Below are positions 43,848 through 58,595 of a stretch of 64,000 nt of DNA, piece by piece. The translations under genes were made by a program, and so were the position numbers. This stretch comes from Eledone cirrhosa (Eukaryota). The stretch covers positions 20,460,001 through 20,524,000 of the forward strand of contig OZ024751.1 in the NCBI GenBank assembly GCA_964016885.1, written 5' to 3'. Every line of letters begins with the position of its first letter. Within the stretch, counting starts at the first letter, position 1. Below the pieces are notes generated by a model. The model saw only the letters and a program-made list of their open reading frames with translations. It made no database searches and had not been told where the DNA came from.

Positions 43848-44322
43848 AGGGCGGTAGATTGGCAGTATCGGTAGAGGGTCGGAAGCCATGCTTTCCAGCA
43901 TAGTTACGTCCCTTTACGATCTGAGTTCAAATCCCGCCGAGGTTGACTTTGCCTTTCATCCTTACGGGGGTCGATAAAATAAAGTACCAGTAATGCACTG
44001 GGTAATTGCTGGCCTTGTGCCTAAAGTAGAAACAATTATGTATATATATATACATAATGAGGGTGGTAGATTGGCAGAATCGGTAGAGCGTCAGACACCA
44101 TGCTTTCTAGCATAGTTACGTCCCTTTACAGTCTGAGTTCAAATCCCGCCGAGGTTAACTTTGCCTTTCATCCTTACGGGGTCGATAAAATAAAGTACCA
44201 GTAATGTACTGGGCAATTGCTGGCCTTGTGCCTAAAGTAGAAACAATTATGTATATATATATATAAAGTACCAGTAATGCACTAGGTAATTGCTGGCCTT
44301 GTGCCAAAAGTAGAAACAATTA
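43848..44322 (+). mobile_element. SINE family A: two full copies and a 3' fragment (reference copy 43848-44039)
   Basis: gggcggtagattggcagtatcgg (A box), gagttcaaatcc (B box), central gactttgcctttcatccttacggggtcgataaaataaagtaccag, 3' gtagaaacaattat. Confidence 0.92.
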
Positions 44323-44588
44323 TATATATATATAAATTAATAAAAATAATGAATAAAAACAAAGAAACAGTTCCTTATATTAAAAAATTCATTAATTTTT
44401 TAATATAAGGAACTGTTTCTTTGTTTTTATTCATTATTTTTATTAATTTATCTTGACTCTGTTTTCCTGTGTTTTTCATCGAAAACATTTTGAATACATC
44501 TTCTCTTTTCATGATATTTGGATTACATTGAGTTCTTCATACGGATTGGACACTACCGTATATTTTGGTAGATTTAACTACATATAAA

Positions 44589-44804
44589 GGAACGATCGAC
44601 TTTCGTCAAATCGGACCGAGGGAACAGTGTTTCCGTTGGTCTTTCCAATTGCTAATACTATCTATCGGTCGCAACTCCAGGTAGAAGGAGCAACGTGAAA
44701 TAAAGTGTCTTGCTCAAGGACATAACGCATCGCCTGGTCCAGGAATCGAACTCACAAACTTACGATTGCGAATCCAATTCTCTAACCACTCAGCCACACG
44801 GCTT

Positions 44805-44805
<1 letters not shown>
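44589..44805 (-). mobile_element. SINE family B full-length copy
   Basis: Sequence match. Confidence 0.9.
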
Positions 44806-44835
<30 letters not shown>

Positions 44836-44900
44836 ACTACATATATATATACTGTATCTCTATATATATATATAGAGAGAGAGAGAGAAAGAGAGAGATA

Positions 44901-44969
<69 letters not shown>

Positions 44970-45736
44970 GCTCAGATCGAAACTTCCTTTTGAGAATGCC
45001 CATGTACTGAGAAACAATCAAGGTAAAGAACTGCTATCGCCTGAGTTGGTTCAACACTTTTGGAACAATCTACAACAATACGCTGGGAGAGGTATCTATC
45101 GATACGACAAATTGATGAAAGAAATGGACACAAATTGATTTCATCAGATCTCGGCAAAGTATATTCACTTGCTTATGTATGTATATATGTAAATATGTAC
45201 GCATATTTGTATGTACGTATGTGTGTATATATGTATGTGTGTACGTATGTGTGTATATATTTATATGTGTATGTATGTGCGTATGTGTGTATGTATATAT
45301 GTATGTGTGTATGTATGTATGTATGTATGTGTGTATATATTTATGTACGTATGTATGTATGTGTGTATATATGTACGCATATATGTATGTACGTATGTGT
45401 GTATATATGCATGTGCGTATGTATCTATGTATGTATCTATGTATGTATCTACGTATGTGTGTATATATGTATGTGTGTCTGTATGTATGTGTGTATCTAT
45501 GTATGTCTGTATGTATCTATGAATGTATGTATGTATGTGCACGGGCACGTAAAATGTGAGAGACCAGGTGGAGCCCTACTTGTTAGTTAGTTAGTTACTA
45601 AGCTACAAGTTTCTCGAATATTCGACTGTCTGGCATTTTAAGTGCCTGGCGGTTTTATTTGTTGTCTGATCAGAAGGTTGACTGGTTAGATTGTAGGTTT
45701 ATAACACTTAGTAGCCAGTTCCACTATGATAAGTAG

Positions 45737-46040
45737 GTTCTCGCCAGAGCAGGGACCACCGATTGCAGGTCATGGCAGACAGTCTCCATGGGCATCATCT
45801 AGGTACCAAACGTTGAAAGGGGCCGTGATGTTTCGAGCAATGGGATTAAATCGAAAGCATAGATGAAGGGGGCTTAAAGGGTCACCCTGTTGGACCCCAG
45901 CGGTTGAAGGTATAACTGTGTCAGCAGCATGGAGCATGATCGGGGCTCAATGCGAAAGGTAGGCCAGTGGGTAGGCAGAGGGGGCTCAGCTGAGGCAGGC
46001 CCCGAGCAGATGGTTACGGTGTAGGCAGTTGAAAGCATGC
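45737..46040 (-). pseudogene. Degenerate reverse transcriptase fragment of a CRE-like non-LTR retrotransposon
   Basis: Manual translation: HAFNCLHRNHLL...STAGVQQGDPLSPL...PFNVWYLDDA, with two in-frame stops; absent from the ORF track. Confidence 0.8.
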
Positions 46041-46261
46041 CTGGCTGGTTAGTCGGTTAGTTTATATGACTTAGTAGCCATATCTACTCTAATCAGTAGG
46101 CTGGTTGGTTGGTTTGTTGGTTAGTTGATTAGTTGGTTTATAACACTTAGTAGCTAGCTCCACTATCATCGGTAGGTTGGCTGGTTAGTTGGTTAATTTA
46201 TATCACTGAGGAGAAAGATCTACTCTGATCACTAGGTTGGTTGGTATATTATCTAAAATCG

Positions 46262-46640
46262 ATTTTAGTTTGGTTTACGTAAGAAGCTCCTTTCCAGAAA
46301 TAACTTCTGGAAAGAATAGGAATTGAGTGACGTCCGAACGAGTATCCTCCACCTTCAACTAACTTACTCTCCGCCTCTAGGTCCCCGTTAACAAGCTCGA
46401 GAATACATTGCCCTGGATGACTGTGAGGGAGACGCGCTGGAACAGCCAAACCCCCTCGCGGGACTAGCACCTGCCTGCAAGAAGCCAACTCCGCTCCGAT
46501 AGCAGTGAGTATGAATGTGGTCCGGAGAGAGGACCAACAACGCTTGAAGTTTCCACAGCTAAAGGCTCTACCACAAACCTATCAGAGAGCGGCTGATACT
46601 TGGACAGTTTGCCCTGTTCGGCCTGAGCGGGCATCAGAGC
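46262..46640 (-). pseudogene. C-terminal restriction-like endonuclease and 3'UTR of a CRE-like element
   Basis: AEQGKLSKYQPLSDRFVVEPLAVETSSVVGP, then after a frameshift WLFQRVSLTVIQGNVFSSLLTGT*. Confidence 0.75.
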
Positions 46641-46705
46641 CTGGGATGATAGCCGAACGCACCAGATTGCTACTAGAGAAAATATGACAATTTGACTAGT
46701 TAAAT

Positions 46706-46875
46706 CAGGCAGGAGTAACATTTTTCGAGTCATGGGCCGCATAGGATTAAACCCTTCATAAGATGATCCACACTAATAAAATAAAAAAATACAAGGCAAT
46801 TTTGAAATTAGGCGTGCCATTCAGAAACCCAGACGGGCCGCATACGGCTCGCGGGCTGCGGTTTGCCCATGACTG
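46706..46875. mobile_element. Probable hAT (Charlie-like) MITE
   Basis: CAG...CTG ends, imperfect TIR, subterminal gggccgcat / gcgggctgcggtttgcccat motifs. Confidence 0.45.
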
Positions 46876-48855
46876 GGTTAGCTGGTTAGTTTAGAAGACA
46901 TAGTAGCCAACTTCACTCTAATCGGTAGGCTGGTTGGTTAGATAGTTGGTTTTATAAGGTTTAGTAGCCAGCTCTACTAAGTGAGCACTTATCATCTCTC
47001 ACATTCTCTCACACAAACACTGTTGTTTTGGTTTTAATCCGCTCTCCTTCAGCGTTAATCCCTTTCAGTTTATTGAAATATTAACACACCTAGATAATGC
47101 ATCTAGACATATGTTTAAGTGTGTCTGTGTATGTGTGTGCCTCTGTATGTGTGTGTGTGTCTATGTATCTGTGTAAGTACCATTGTGTGTATGTACCATT
47201 GTGTGTATGTGCCATTGTATATATCTATGTACGAATGTAAGTATGTATGTATTTACATATGTATGAATGTAAATATATATGGTACGTATGTAAATATGTA
47301 TGTAAATGTGTATGTAAATATATATGGTATGTATGTATATATGTATCTATGTATGTAAATATGTATTATGTATATATGTATGTATGTATGTATGTATATA
47401 TGTATGTAAATATGTATGTATGTAAATATCTATGTATGTATGTTAATATGTGTGTATCTATATGTTGTATGTATGTATGGAATGTATGTGTGACGTGAGT
47501 TAGTTAAGTATATAAGTACGCAGATGTTTCCAGACCAGTTATACCTCCTACGAGATAATATATGCAGGTATGTGTATGTATATATATATATATACATACA
47601 CACACACACACTCACACACACATATACATATATATATATGTATATATACATTCGTAGAAGGATTGTGGGAGAAAGAGAGAGAGAGGCAGTATATTCCTAT
47701 TGTTGAAAATATTTATAGATTTAAACACTCACACACACACGTGTGAATGCTATGAATGCGATGTTCCAGTATGGGCTAAACCATAAATAGGGCCTATAAG
47801 TTAGAGGTTAAGCTAGTACGTCGTTCTAGGGTCCCTGGGTGTCATGGAAAAGCGCATGATTATCTGCCCCCACTACACACCCAAAACACCCTTTTCAGTC
47901 ATATCCCTTGTGTTTTGAAAGGGGACGGATAAATATCCCATAACACCTTATGGAGTCATACAGGCACCGTTATACAGTGTGTCTAAGGTACTTTTAAACC
48001 TGGCAGAGCCCAACCCTCTCCAGGTCTGAACACAGCCGATTTTTTTCTATAGAGGAAGAATCGAACCCAGTACTGAACTGGTACTTTTCTTATCGACCTC
48101 GAAAGGGTGAAAGGCAAAGTTGACCACGGCTGGGATTTGAACTCAGAGCGCGCAATGATGTGGGACGACTACCGTACAGCATTCTATCTAACATCTTAAC
48201 GACTCTGCCATTCTATCCGATGTCATAATGACTGCCAATTCGGCAAAAGGAGAACAGAGAGCAAAGCAATCTAGCTCAGCCCTACAAAATTTTCCCGGAA
48301 GTCCTTACACATGTTTATAATTTCTAAAACAAAATGGAGAACTGGAGAACCTTAAAGATAATAGGTTTCCCTTTTAAGGTGCAAATAATTTTTTTTTTTT
48401 TTTTATTTCTTGCTCTGAGACGTAATGCAGCCCACATATTCTACTCACAAAGTATTACAGGTATTTATTTTTTATCAACACCTCTTCGTCCTTCTCCTCC
48501 ACTATCGGTTGAACTCCTGCAAAAATTCGAACCCACAACGTTGACGTTTGAAAAGGTTAACACTACCTCACTTCTAAAGAACAACAACAACATCACCAAC
48601 AACAACGGAAACTAGTGACAAACACAGGATTGTAAAATGATAGTACAATGGTGTGTGGTAGAATTGGTAGAATTGGTAGAGTGGTAGACAAGATGGCGAT
48701 AGATGTTAATTATATAAACAGTCAAATGGCCGCCAAATTGCTTCCTACTATTTTGAAATATGGAGGACATACTGGACAATGTAGTCAATAAAAAGATAAA
48801 GAAGGGATGGAGAGATGATGTGAGAGGGGGAGAGATAATGTGAGAGAGGGAGAGA

Positions 48856-49044
48856 TAATTGTTTCTACTTTAGGCACAAGGCCAGCAATTACCCAGTGCA
48901 TTACTGGTACTTTATTTTATCGACCCCGTAAGGATGAAAAGCAAAGTCAACCTCGGCGGGATTTGAACTCAGATCGTAAAGGGACGTAACTATGCTGGAA
49001 AGCATGGCGTCCGACCCTCTACCGATACTGCCAATCCACCGCCC
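48856..49044 (-). mobile_element. Full-length SINE family A
   Basis: Near-consensus. Confidence 0.92.
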
Positions 49045-49453
49045 ATTTCCCAGAGAGGGAGAGATAATGTGAGAGAGGGAGAGATAAGGTGAGAGAGGGA
49101 GAGATAAGGTGAGAGAGGGAGGGATAGAGAATGAGAGTGGAGGATGGATAAGGGAAGATAGAGGGATGATAATGAAAGAGAGAGCTGGACATAGAGAATG
49201 AAGGAGGGGAGATAGAGAACGGGAGAGGAAGGAGGAAGATAAAGAAAAGCGAAAGAGAGAGAGAAATGAGGTAGTTAAGACGAGATATGAAGAAATCTGA
49301 AGAGAGAGTTGAAATGCACAAAGAAAAGAATAACAGAAATAAGAGAATAACCAAGAAAGATAGAGAGAAGGAAAGAATGGAGAGAAGAAAGACGAGAAAA
49401 AGCCAAGAAAGAGAGAGAAGGAAAGGAAGGACAGAAGAAAAAAAGAAATGAGA

Positions 49454-49510
<57 letters not shown>

Positions 49511-49669
49511 GAGAAAGGAAGACTAAAAAACAAATAAACAACCCACGACGGAATAAATTAAGAAGGAAAAGAAAGATTAAAAAACCAAATACTTATTGAA
49601 AAAGGAAAGAAAAGTGTAAAAGAAGAAGAAAGGAGAAAGAAAGAAGCAAACAAAAAACTAGAAAAAATA

Positions 49670-50154
<485 letters not shown>

Positions 50155-50649
50155 TTTCAGAGTGACTTGGCTGTTGTGAATCTCTACAAATTGTTTCCTC
50201 GAGCAGAAAATATTTCATGTTGCAGATCTAATACTTTTAAATATAGTTTTAACCATTTCAGTCTGAGAAAAAAAAAAAAAAATTCTAGTTTAAAACCCTT
50301 ATATATGAATGAATAATTTTGATAGAAAACTATATTGAAGTGAAGAAGCCAAACAGAAGGATTCTGTAGTGGTAATTGTGAAAAATGTGTCGCTTACAAC
50401 CCGCAGAAGGAGGGAGAAGGTATTTCTTTTTTCTAAATTTTAAATTATATACTTTTAACAAGGTGATGAATTGGTAAAGTAGTTAGGAGTACCGGAGAGA
50501 ATACCTTGGAGGTATTCGTTCTGAATTCTTTACGATCTGAATTCAAATTCTGCCGAGGTCTACTTTGCTTTTCATCTTTTCCAGGTCGATAAATAAAGTA
50601 TCAATTCAATACTGAGATAGATTGTTTCCTTTCTCTCTCTCTCCCGCTT

Positions 50650-50708
<59 letters not shown>

Positions 50709-50732
50709 CTCTCTCTCGCTTTCCTCTCTCTC

Positions 50733-52690
50733 TGTGAGGGATACATCATTGGCTCACAGGAGGACAGAAATACGAACCTAACCCATAATTTCTTTGTGGA
50801 CGATCTGAAACTCTATGCCAAGAACATGGATGGGATGAAGAAAAATCTTGACCTAGTTACAACGTTCTCAAAGGATATAGGAATGGAGTTTGGCCAAGAT
50901 AAATGCTCATACATGACTGTAAAGCGGGGAAAACAACAACCCAATCTAGCAACATTGTCATCAATGGTCTAACTGTTTCACCGATATCTGATGAGGACTA
51001 CTACAGATACCTGGGGATAGATAAGAACATATCCTATAATGGTATCTGTAATAAAGAACGCGTAACCAAGGAATACTACACCCGATTAAGAAAGATCTGG
51101 TCATCGGAACTCTCTGCGCAAAACAAAACAGTGGCTCACAATGTGTTTGCTGTGCCTGTCCTAACACCAACGTTTGGAATACTCAATTGGACGATAGACG
51201 AAATCCGAGCAGTTGATGTTGGAACTCGAAAAATACTGAACAACACCGGAAACTTCCACATCAACAGTGACATAGACCGCCTTTACTTGAAACGTAAGCA
51301 GGGAGGCAGAGGCCTAACATCAGTCCAGACAACATTTGAATGTCGCATCATATCTCTCCGACAACATCTACGAACCTCGAAGCGTAGGAGCCCTTTTCTC
51401 GAGCAAGTCTATCTGCATGAAACAGATAAGATCATGAGAGTTGGGAAGGAACTCCTCGAGAGATATTCCCTGTGTGATAATCAAAAACTCACACCCAGGG
51501 ATGTCGCTCAGCAGTATCGCAGTGAATCCATGGATGAAAAACTGAATGCTTATCAGCAAAAATTCATGCATGGATATGTTGCCAGGAAGCTCCAGAGTGA
51601 GAGTAATATAGATAAGGAAAGTAGTCTATCTTGGACCAACAACCGCTATATCGGCTCCCACTTTGAAGGATACGCTTTTGCAAACCAGGAACAGGAGATT
51701 AGCACGAAATACCTGATTCACAAAAGAGATAAGGATGCAGGCAAAACACTTAGATGTGATAACAAGTGCAGACTCTGCAGAACTAACATCGAGGATATCA
51801 CCCATGTCATCAGCAGCTGTCCAAAGATGTCATCGCGGTACTATCTACCTATGAGGCATGATGTAGTGGCCAAAACACTGTACAATGCAGTTCGTAAAAA
51901 AGATAGCCCCGATAATAAACACATTAAAAGCTACAGTAATGTGGAAGACATCCATGTACATAATATGAAAGAGTACTGGTGGAATGTTCCAGTAAAAACC
52001 CCAATAAAATGCAGGCATAACAGACCAGATATTATGATATGTACATAATATGAAAGAGTACTGGTGGAATGTTCCAGTAAAAACCCCAATAAAATGCAGG
52101 CATAACAGACCAGATATTATGATATGGGACAGGGAGAAGAAAACATGCACAGTAGTGGAAATTAGCTGCCCAGCAGATGCCAATATAATATCAAAGATTA
52201 ATGAAAACGAGAACATTTATGCAGAACTGATGAGAAATCTTAAGATACTCCACCCTGATTACACCTTTAGATTTATGCCTGTGATTATTGGGGCACTGGG
52301 GTATGTTAGTAACTGCCTCGATACAAATCTTGAGAAGCTAGGCATCACAGGAACAGAAATAACACAACTAGTTAGGAAATTACAAGTACAATCCATTAAT
52401 GGAACAGTAAAAATATGTAAGACATTCCAAAAATTTTGCATCTAATAACTGCATATACACATATACAGATGCAAAGCATATACACATGCACACATACAAC
52501 TCAAAACATACACATCCACACATACAATAACATCCATATCTACACATGCAGACATGCAGACATGCAGACATGCATACATAATCTACCTAGTCGATGTTGT
52601 GTAAATTCCAATGAGAGAATCCTGTGTCTATGTTAGAAACCGACTCTCTCTCTATTGGTAAAAATTTGTCAAATTATAAAACCAGAAGAA
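50733..52690 (+). mobile_element. 5'-truncated R4/Dong-type non-LTR retrotransposon (RT C-terminus, CCHC knuckle, restriction-like endonuclease), pseudogenised
   Basis: HNFFVDDLKLY (RT catalytic motif), YRYLGI, RLYLKRKQGGRGL, CRLCx8Hx4C, RHD, NRPDIMIWD...VVEISCP; frameshift near 50930; 85-bp duplication; stop at 52445; 3' end runs into (CATA/CA)n. Confidence 0.9.
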
Positions 52691-53427
52691 CATACATACA
52701 CACACACATGCATACATACATACATACATACACACACACATACATACATACACACATACATAGACACATACATGCATACACACATACATACACATACATA
52801 CATACACACATACATACATAAGGGCCCCCTAGATTTAACAAACCGACATAGGACCATTACAGATAATCATATACAAATAACAATGCATGCAGAAATTCTA
52901 GAAAATCAATCGATCTATTTGTTTGATGATAACGTATTGATGAAAATACATAATGCAGATATCTTTGATGTTAGCATTGCTGCCATAGATTCTATGAAAA
53001 TTAAAAACCGTGTCAGAATATATATATACTCTATTAGACTTAATTCACAATATGTTCCACACCATTAACGAAGGAATTTATTGGTCGTCTATTATTCTCT
53101 ACATATGTAAACGGGAAGCAGACAGGTATATTCAGGTATGTTATAACTAAATTGTTCCAAGACTTTTAAACCTTAAGATTGCCTTAAAGGTAAAACAAAA
53201 AAGAGATGTCGATTGTCAAATAGGACCACGGTAACAATGTTTCTATTAGTTTTTCCATTAATGATATTATCAACCAATCACAACTGATGACAGAAGAAGC
53301 AACGTGAAAATATACTATTTTTCTCAAGAAAGAACACAACGTACTCTCTGTCCAAGAATCAAATCCACTACCTTATAATCGGGAGTTCAGCACTATAACC
53401 ACTAGGCCATGTGCTTTCATTAATACA

Positions 53428-53457
<30 letters not shown>

Positions 53458-53460
<3 letters not shown>

Positions 53461-53685
53461 AGCTGACACCTATGCAGGTTTAGCTGGCCTCCTCCAAGGT
53501 ATATCTCGTTGGAGGTGTCTTGGGTGATTTAATGATAGGGGACCCACCCCAGTCCTATCATCTCATTTCTACAGCTGAGTAAACTGGAGCAACTTGAAAT
53601 AAAGTGTCTTGCTCAAAGAAACAACACATCACCCGGTCCGAGAATTGAACTCACAACCTTTTGATTGCAAGCCCAATGCTCTTCA
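53458..53685 (-). mobile_element. SINE family B head/CORE with a third tail type (older family B copy at 53205-53419)
   Basis: Shares head and CORE-like segment with 41123-41387 but differs downstream of gtagaaatgag. Confidence 0.75.
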
Positions 53686-53731
53686 CATTAATACAAAGCA
53701 GTAAGTTGCCTGGATGTAACATTCGACCGTA

Positions 53732-54106
53732 TTAACCGTTTAGCATTTACATTGTTCTATATTTACTAAGATAAAGCCTTGACACTGAAAATACAATAGT
53801 AAATATAGAATAATTGTTTCTACTTTAGGCACAAGGCCAGCAATTATACCAGTAATACACTGGTATAATTGCTGGCCTTGTGCCTAAAGTAGAAACAATT
53901 ATTCTATATTTACTATTGTATTTTCAGTGTCAAGGCTTTATCTTACATAATTATTTCACATAGTATCGAATGTACGAGATTTTTATCTTATTTATTTTGA
54001 GAACAATAGCTTAATGTAGATATGAGCGGCCAGTTACAGCCAGTTTGAACAGAGAGGGGTGAGAGAATTCTGGCCAGATATGACGGTTTAAATGCTAAAG
54101 AGTTAA
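53732..54106. mobile_element. piggyBac-like MITE with TTAA duplication
   Basis: TTAA-ccgtttagcattta ... taaatgctaaagag-TTAA. Confidence 0.7.
53767..53945. repeat. Perfect 87-bp-arm palindrome of SINE A 3' end plus flanking DNA
   Basis: Arms 53767-53853 / 53859-53945 with a 5-nt loop. Confidence 0.95.
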
Positions 54107-54459
54107 TGAAAACTTCCAACTGTATAGTAATCCTACTGATGCAATGTTATATATAGACAACAAATAATTCAAACCTGTCTTAATCGTTATTTCCACTTAC
54201 AACAGAGTACGAAACATGGTGAACATATTTTCTCTATTTATCTCTGAGTTCTGTCCTTGATTGACACTGAAACTATTCTAGTGTCAGCCCTCTCTATCAA
54301 TCATTCTAGTGACCCTAGTTTCTCTTTGTAGGTATCATACCCTCCGGACATTGTGTTCTGCCCATAATTGGCACTGAGAACATTTTAGAATCTGGTCTCT
54401 CCATTACCAATGTAGTGCCATTGGTTTCTTTTTTCCGGTATCATACCTTCCGCCCGGTA

Positions 54460-54918
54460 TTGTTGACTTTGCCTTTCATCCTTACGGGGTCGATAAAATA
54501 AAGTACCAGTAATGCACTGGGTAATTTGCTGGCCTTGTGCCTAAAGTAGAAACAATTATTTAAAATATACGAAATGGTGGATTGGCAGTATTGGTAGAGG
54601 ATCGGGCGCCATGCTTTTAAGCATAGAATTACCTCCCTTTACGATCTGAGTTCAAATCCCGCCGAGGTTAACTTTGCCTTTCATCCTTACGGGGTCGATA
54701 AAATAAAGTACCAGTAATACACTGGTATAATTGCTGGCCTGGTGCCAAAAGTAGAAACAATTATTTAAAATATACGTCAAATCCCGCCGAGGTTATCTTT
54801 GCCTTTCATCCTTACGGGGTCGATAAAATAAAGTACCAGTAACTACTGGGGTCAATTTAATCGACCCCCCCCCCCAAAAAAAAAAAAATAACTGGCCTTG
54901 TTATACTAGAAATCATTA
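54460..54918 (+). mobile_element. SINE family A cluster (3 copies)
   Basis: Sequence match. Confidence 0.85.
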
Positions 54919-55000
54919 TTTAAAATATACGAAAAACCTGAGCAAACGAATCACAACTATTTTCTATTAGTAAAGAAGCTGATATAAATATATATATAAA

Positions 55001-55174
55001 GGAACGATCGACTTTCGTCAAATCGGACCGAGGGAACAATGTTTCCGTTGGTCTTTCCAATTGCTAATACTATCTATCGGTCGCAACTCCAGGTAGAAGG
55101 AGCAACGTGAAATAAAGTGTCTTGCTCAAGGACATAACGCATCGCCTGGTCCAGGAATCGAACTCACAACCTTA

Positions 55175-55177
<3 letters not shown>
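55001..55177 (-). mobile_element. 5'-truncated SINE family B in (TA)n
   Basis: Sequence match, TA tracts on both sides. Confidence 0.88.
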
Positions 55178-55262
<85 letters not shown>

Positions 55263-56084
55263 AGACACAGAGCTTTGTTTAGAAACGGCTAGCGAATTTG
55301 AGAATTAGATAGTAACATGTGCTTACGACGTATCTGACTGCATAGAGTTAGTTTGTTAGTTGGGATTTAAAAGAAAAACTATGAATGGGAAAATTGATGA
55401 ACATTGACGTACCCACATCTTTGGTTTTCCGGACAAATGTATTACCATTACACATATATATATATAAATGTAATCTGAGTTTTTCGAATATTAATAATAA
55501 TATTCGATTCGTTTGCAATTATGCAAACAAGCCTCGTTTTTGAAGCCATGTCAGTAGAATGAGCCCCTCATTCTTTCTCTTGTGTTGGCATGTAAACAGA
55601 ACTATATATATATATATATATATAACATGAACTGGCAGAACATAAAAGGCTTTCAAAGAAACCACTAAATGCATTAGTTAGGAGCAAACTAATAAAAGAA
55701 ACTAGAGCAAAACGATTCTACTAGTTTTGATAAATGTAAAATAAGCAGGCAAACTGTTTCTCAATCTTGTAAGAATCTCTTTTTCTATTAAACATACACA
55801 TAGTAAAATCTTTAATACAAATTCACTTTAAATGCTGCGCAAAATTGGCGAACTTTGCCAGTAATTTAACGATAATGTAAATAATAAGAAAATAATGAAG
55901 AATTGAAATTGTCAGAACGCAACCAACTGAACAAGGAAATGCGTGTGGGACTCTCTAAGAACCGGTAAATCCAGTTATATATGCTACCACTGCAATATCT
56001 CATTAACTAAAATGACATTATTGAGATAAAATATGACTGCCAACCAATTTAAGACCAGGTTTCATCAACTTAATTATACTTATT

Positions 56085-56117
<33 letters not shown>

Positions 56118-56160
56118 TACACACACACATACTCTCTCTCTCTATCTTTCTCTCTCTCTA

Positions 56161-56276
<116 letters not shown>

Positions 56277-56807
56277 TCTCTCTCTCTCTCCTTCTCTGAA
56301 AGACCTGTAGAGGGGATAGGCGCCGCTGGGTTAAAAGAATCAAAGAAACGCCTCATGTCACTACGGCAACCCTATGACTTCATTATGAGTTACAGGTCCA
56401 TGTATTTATATTTACCAATAAAGTTAGAGTAATGTCATTTCATTAATAATTTAATAAACTACACCATAGAAACCTGTATTTTATGATTTTCTAATACACA
56501 GAAAGTGAAATCCCATTTGAACATACATTACCTTGACATTGTCATTTTCATTATATTTGAACATAGTTTTTCTCTAAACAGTGTTAAGTGCTTATTTCTA
56601 ATAAAGTTAGAGTGACTCTTCTTTCTGAATAAATGCACTTAACAATAGTTAACTCATCATCCCAATGGACATATAACGGGATACATGCATTTATCTAACT
56701 AATCACACTGAAACGCACTAAGAAACACGCACACACACACACACACATATATATATATACATATATGCATATATATATACATACATATATATATACATAT
56801 ACATATG

Positions 56808-56859
<52 letters not shown>

Positions 56860-57681
56860 TATACATTGTGTGTGTGTGTGTGTGTGTACACATGCATAGA
56901 TTAAACCGTTAAAATAGATTTGCTAATGTACGAACGGATACATGAATATAGTAAACAATTTAACAGAACACACACACAAATAAACGCAATCCTAATGACG
57001 TTTAAACACACACACTCACACACACTAACATACACACACATACACACACACATACACACACAGACACAAAAAACGTAATCCTACTTAGGTTTAAACACAC
57101 AAATGCACACATACACATACACACACACGCATGCACACTTACAGACATACACACACATACACACAGACACACACAGATACACACACACATACACACAGAC
57201 GTATGCACATACACACACGCACACACACACACACAGCCACACATACACAGCCACACATACACACACACAGTAATAGGACAGTAAATACACAAACAACATC
57301 AAACAAGAAGTGACATCATAAAATTGAAGCTCGTTAAGAAAAAATATTTGTTTTCTGTTGTATCTAATCGAATCATCACAAATAGGTGGATTGTAAAAGT
57401 TTGAGGTGAAGCTATTAGCAGTAATATAAAGATTCATTATCTACCTATTAATCATTAATGATATATCTTTTCTTTTATCTATTTATCTTTTACTTGTTCC
57501 AGTTGGCGGGCTGAGGCCATACTGAGGCATTGCCATTGTTTCTATATGTTCTATAGATCGCTATATGTTCCCTTGGTCAGCCATTGATGCTTGATGGAGT
57601 TTGACCCCGCCGTCCTCATTTCTATGTCATGGTGGAATGTGGGCTTAACTGGAATCTTAGACAGCAAAACGTTGAGGTACT

Positions 57682-57799
<118 letters not shown>

Positions 57800-57840
57800 A
57801 TAATATTGATAAATTGAAAATATCTTTATAAAACCATATT

Positions 57841-57901
57841 TATTTTATTATACGTATTTCAAGGGTACTAATATTTTAGTACGCTTTCGTCAGATAAAAT
57901 A
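57841..57901 (-). ncRNA. Minimal hammerhead ribozyme (family D, CUGACGA)
   Basis: tattttat-CTGACGA-aagcgtactaaaatattagtaccctt-GAAA-tacgtat-A|ataaaata. Confidence 0.88.
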
Positions 57902-57925
57902 CATCAACAAACCAAATTACTCATT

Positions 57926-57967
<42 letters not shown>

Positions 57968-58430
57968 CATGCTTAATATAGAAATGGCTACTACAGGACT
58001 AGAACTATTTCATTCAAAATAAATCGTCAACAGTCTTTCTAAAACTGTTGTGTATATATATAGTTCTTTATCTCTAAAGTCAAGCCGGAAGGAGCAGAAC
58101 GTTCATTATGATCAATAGCGTTCCATCCATGACCAGCCATGTTTGTTGATATATTGATTTATTCCCAGATCTTATTATCCAATGTTACCGACATTTATTT
58201 GGGTTAAGACAGCAGGGTTGTGATTTGAGGGACAAGTGGTTGATATTTATAACAAAGTGAAATGACCATAAAAGTAGCTGACCCTCCAGTTTGGTTGTGA
58301 CGGCGGAGTTATCCTACCAATGTCACTGTTAATGTGTTTTACTCATTAAATTTCAGTTGGATTGTATAAGGTTCGCAATAGGAAACATAAAAAGGGCGAA
58401 AAATAACAGCAAACGTTATTAAATATCCAA

Positions 58431-58595
58431 GAGAGTCGGACGCCATGCTTTCCAGCATAGTTACGTCCCTTTACGGTCTGAGTTCAAATCCCGCCGAGGT
58501 TCACTTTGCCTGTTATCCTTACGGGGTCGATAAAATAAAGTACCAGTAATGTACTGGGAAATTGCTGGCCTTGTGCCAAAAGTAGAAACAGTTAT
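58431..58595 (+). mobile_element. 5'-truncated SINE family A with probable TSD
   Basis: gttattaaatatccaag occurs immediately before and after the copy. Confidence 0.85.

Noticed and set aside
53283-53312. CTGATGA...GAAA hammerhead candidate
   Set aside because: Arises by mutation within a decayed SINE B copy; no supporting stems
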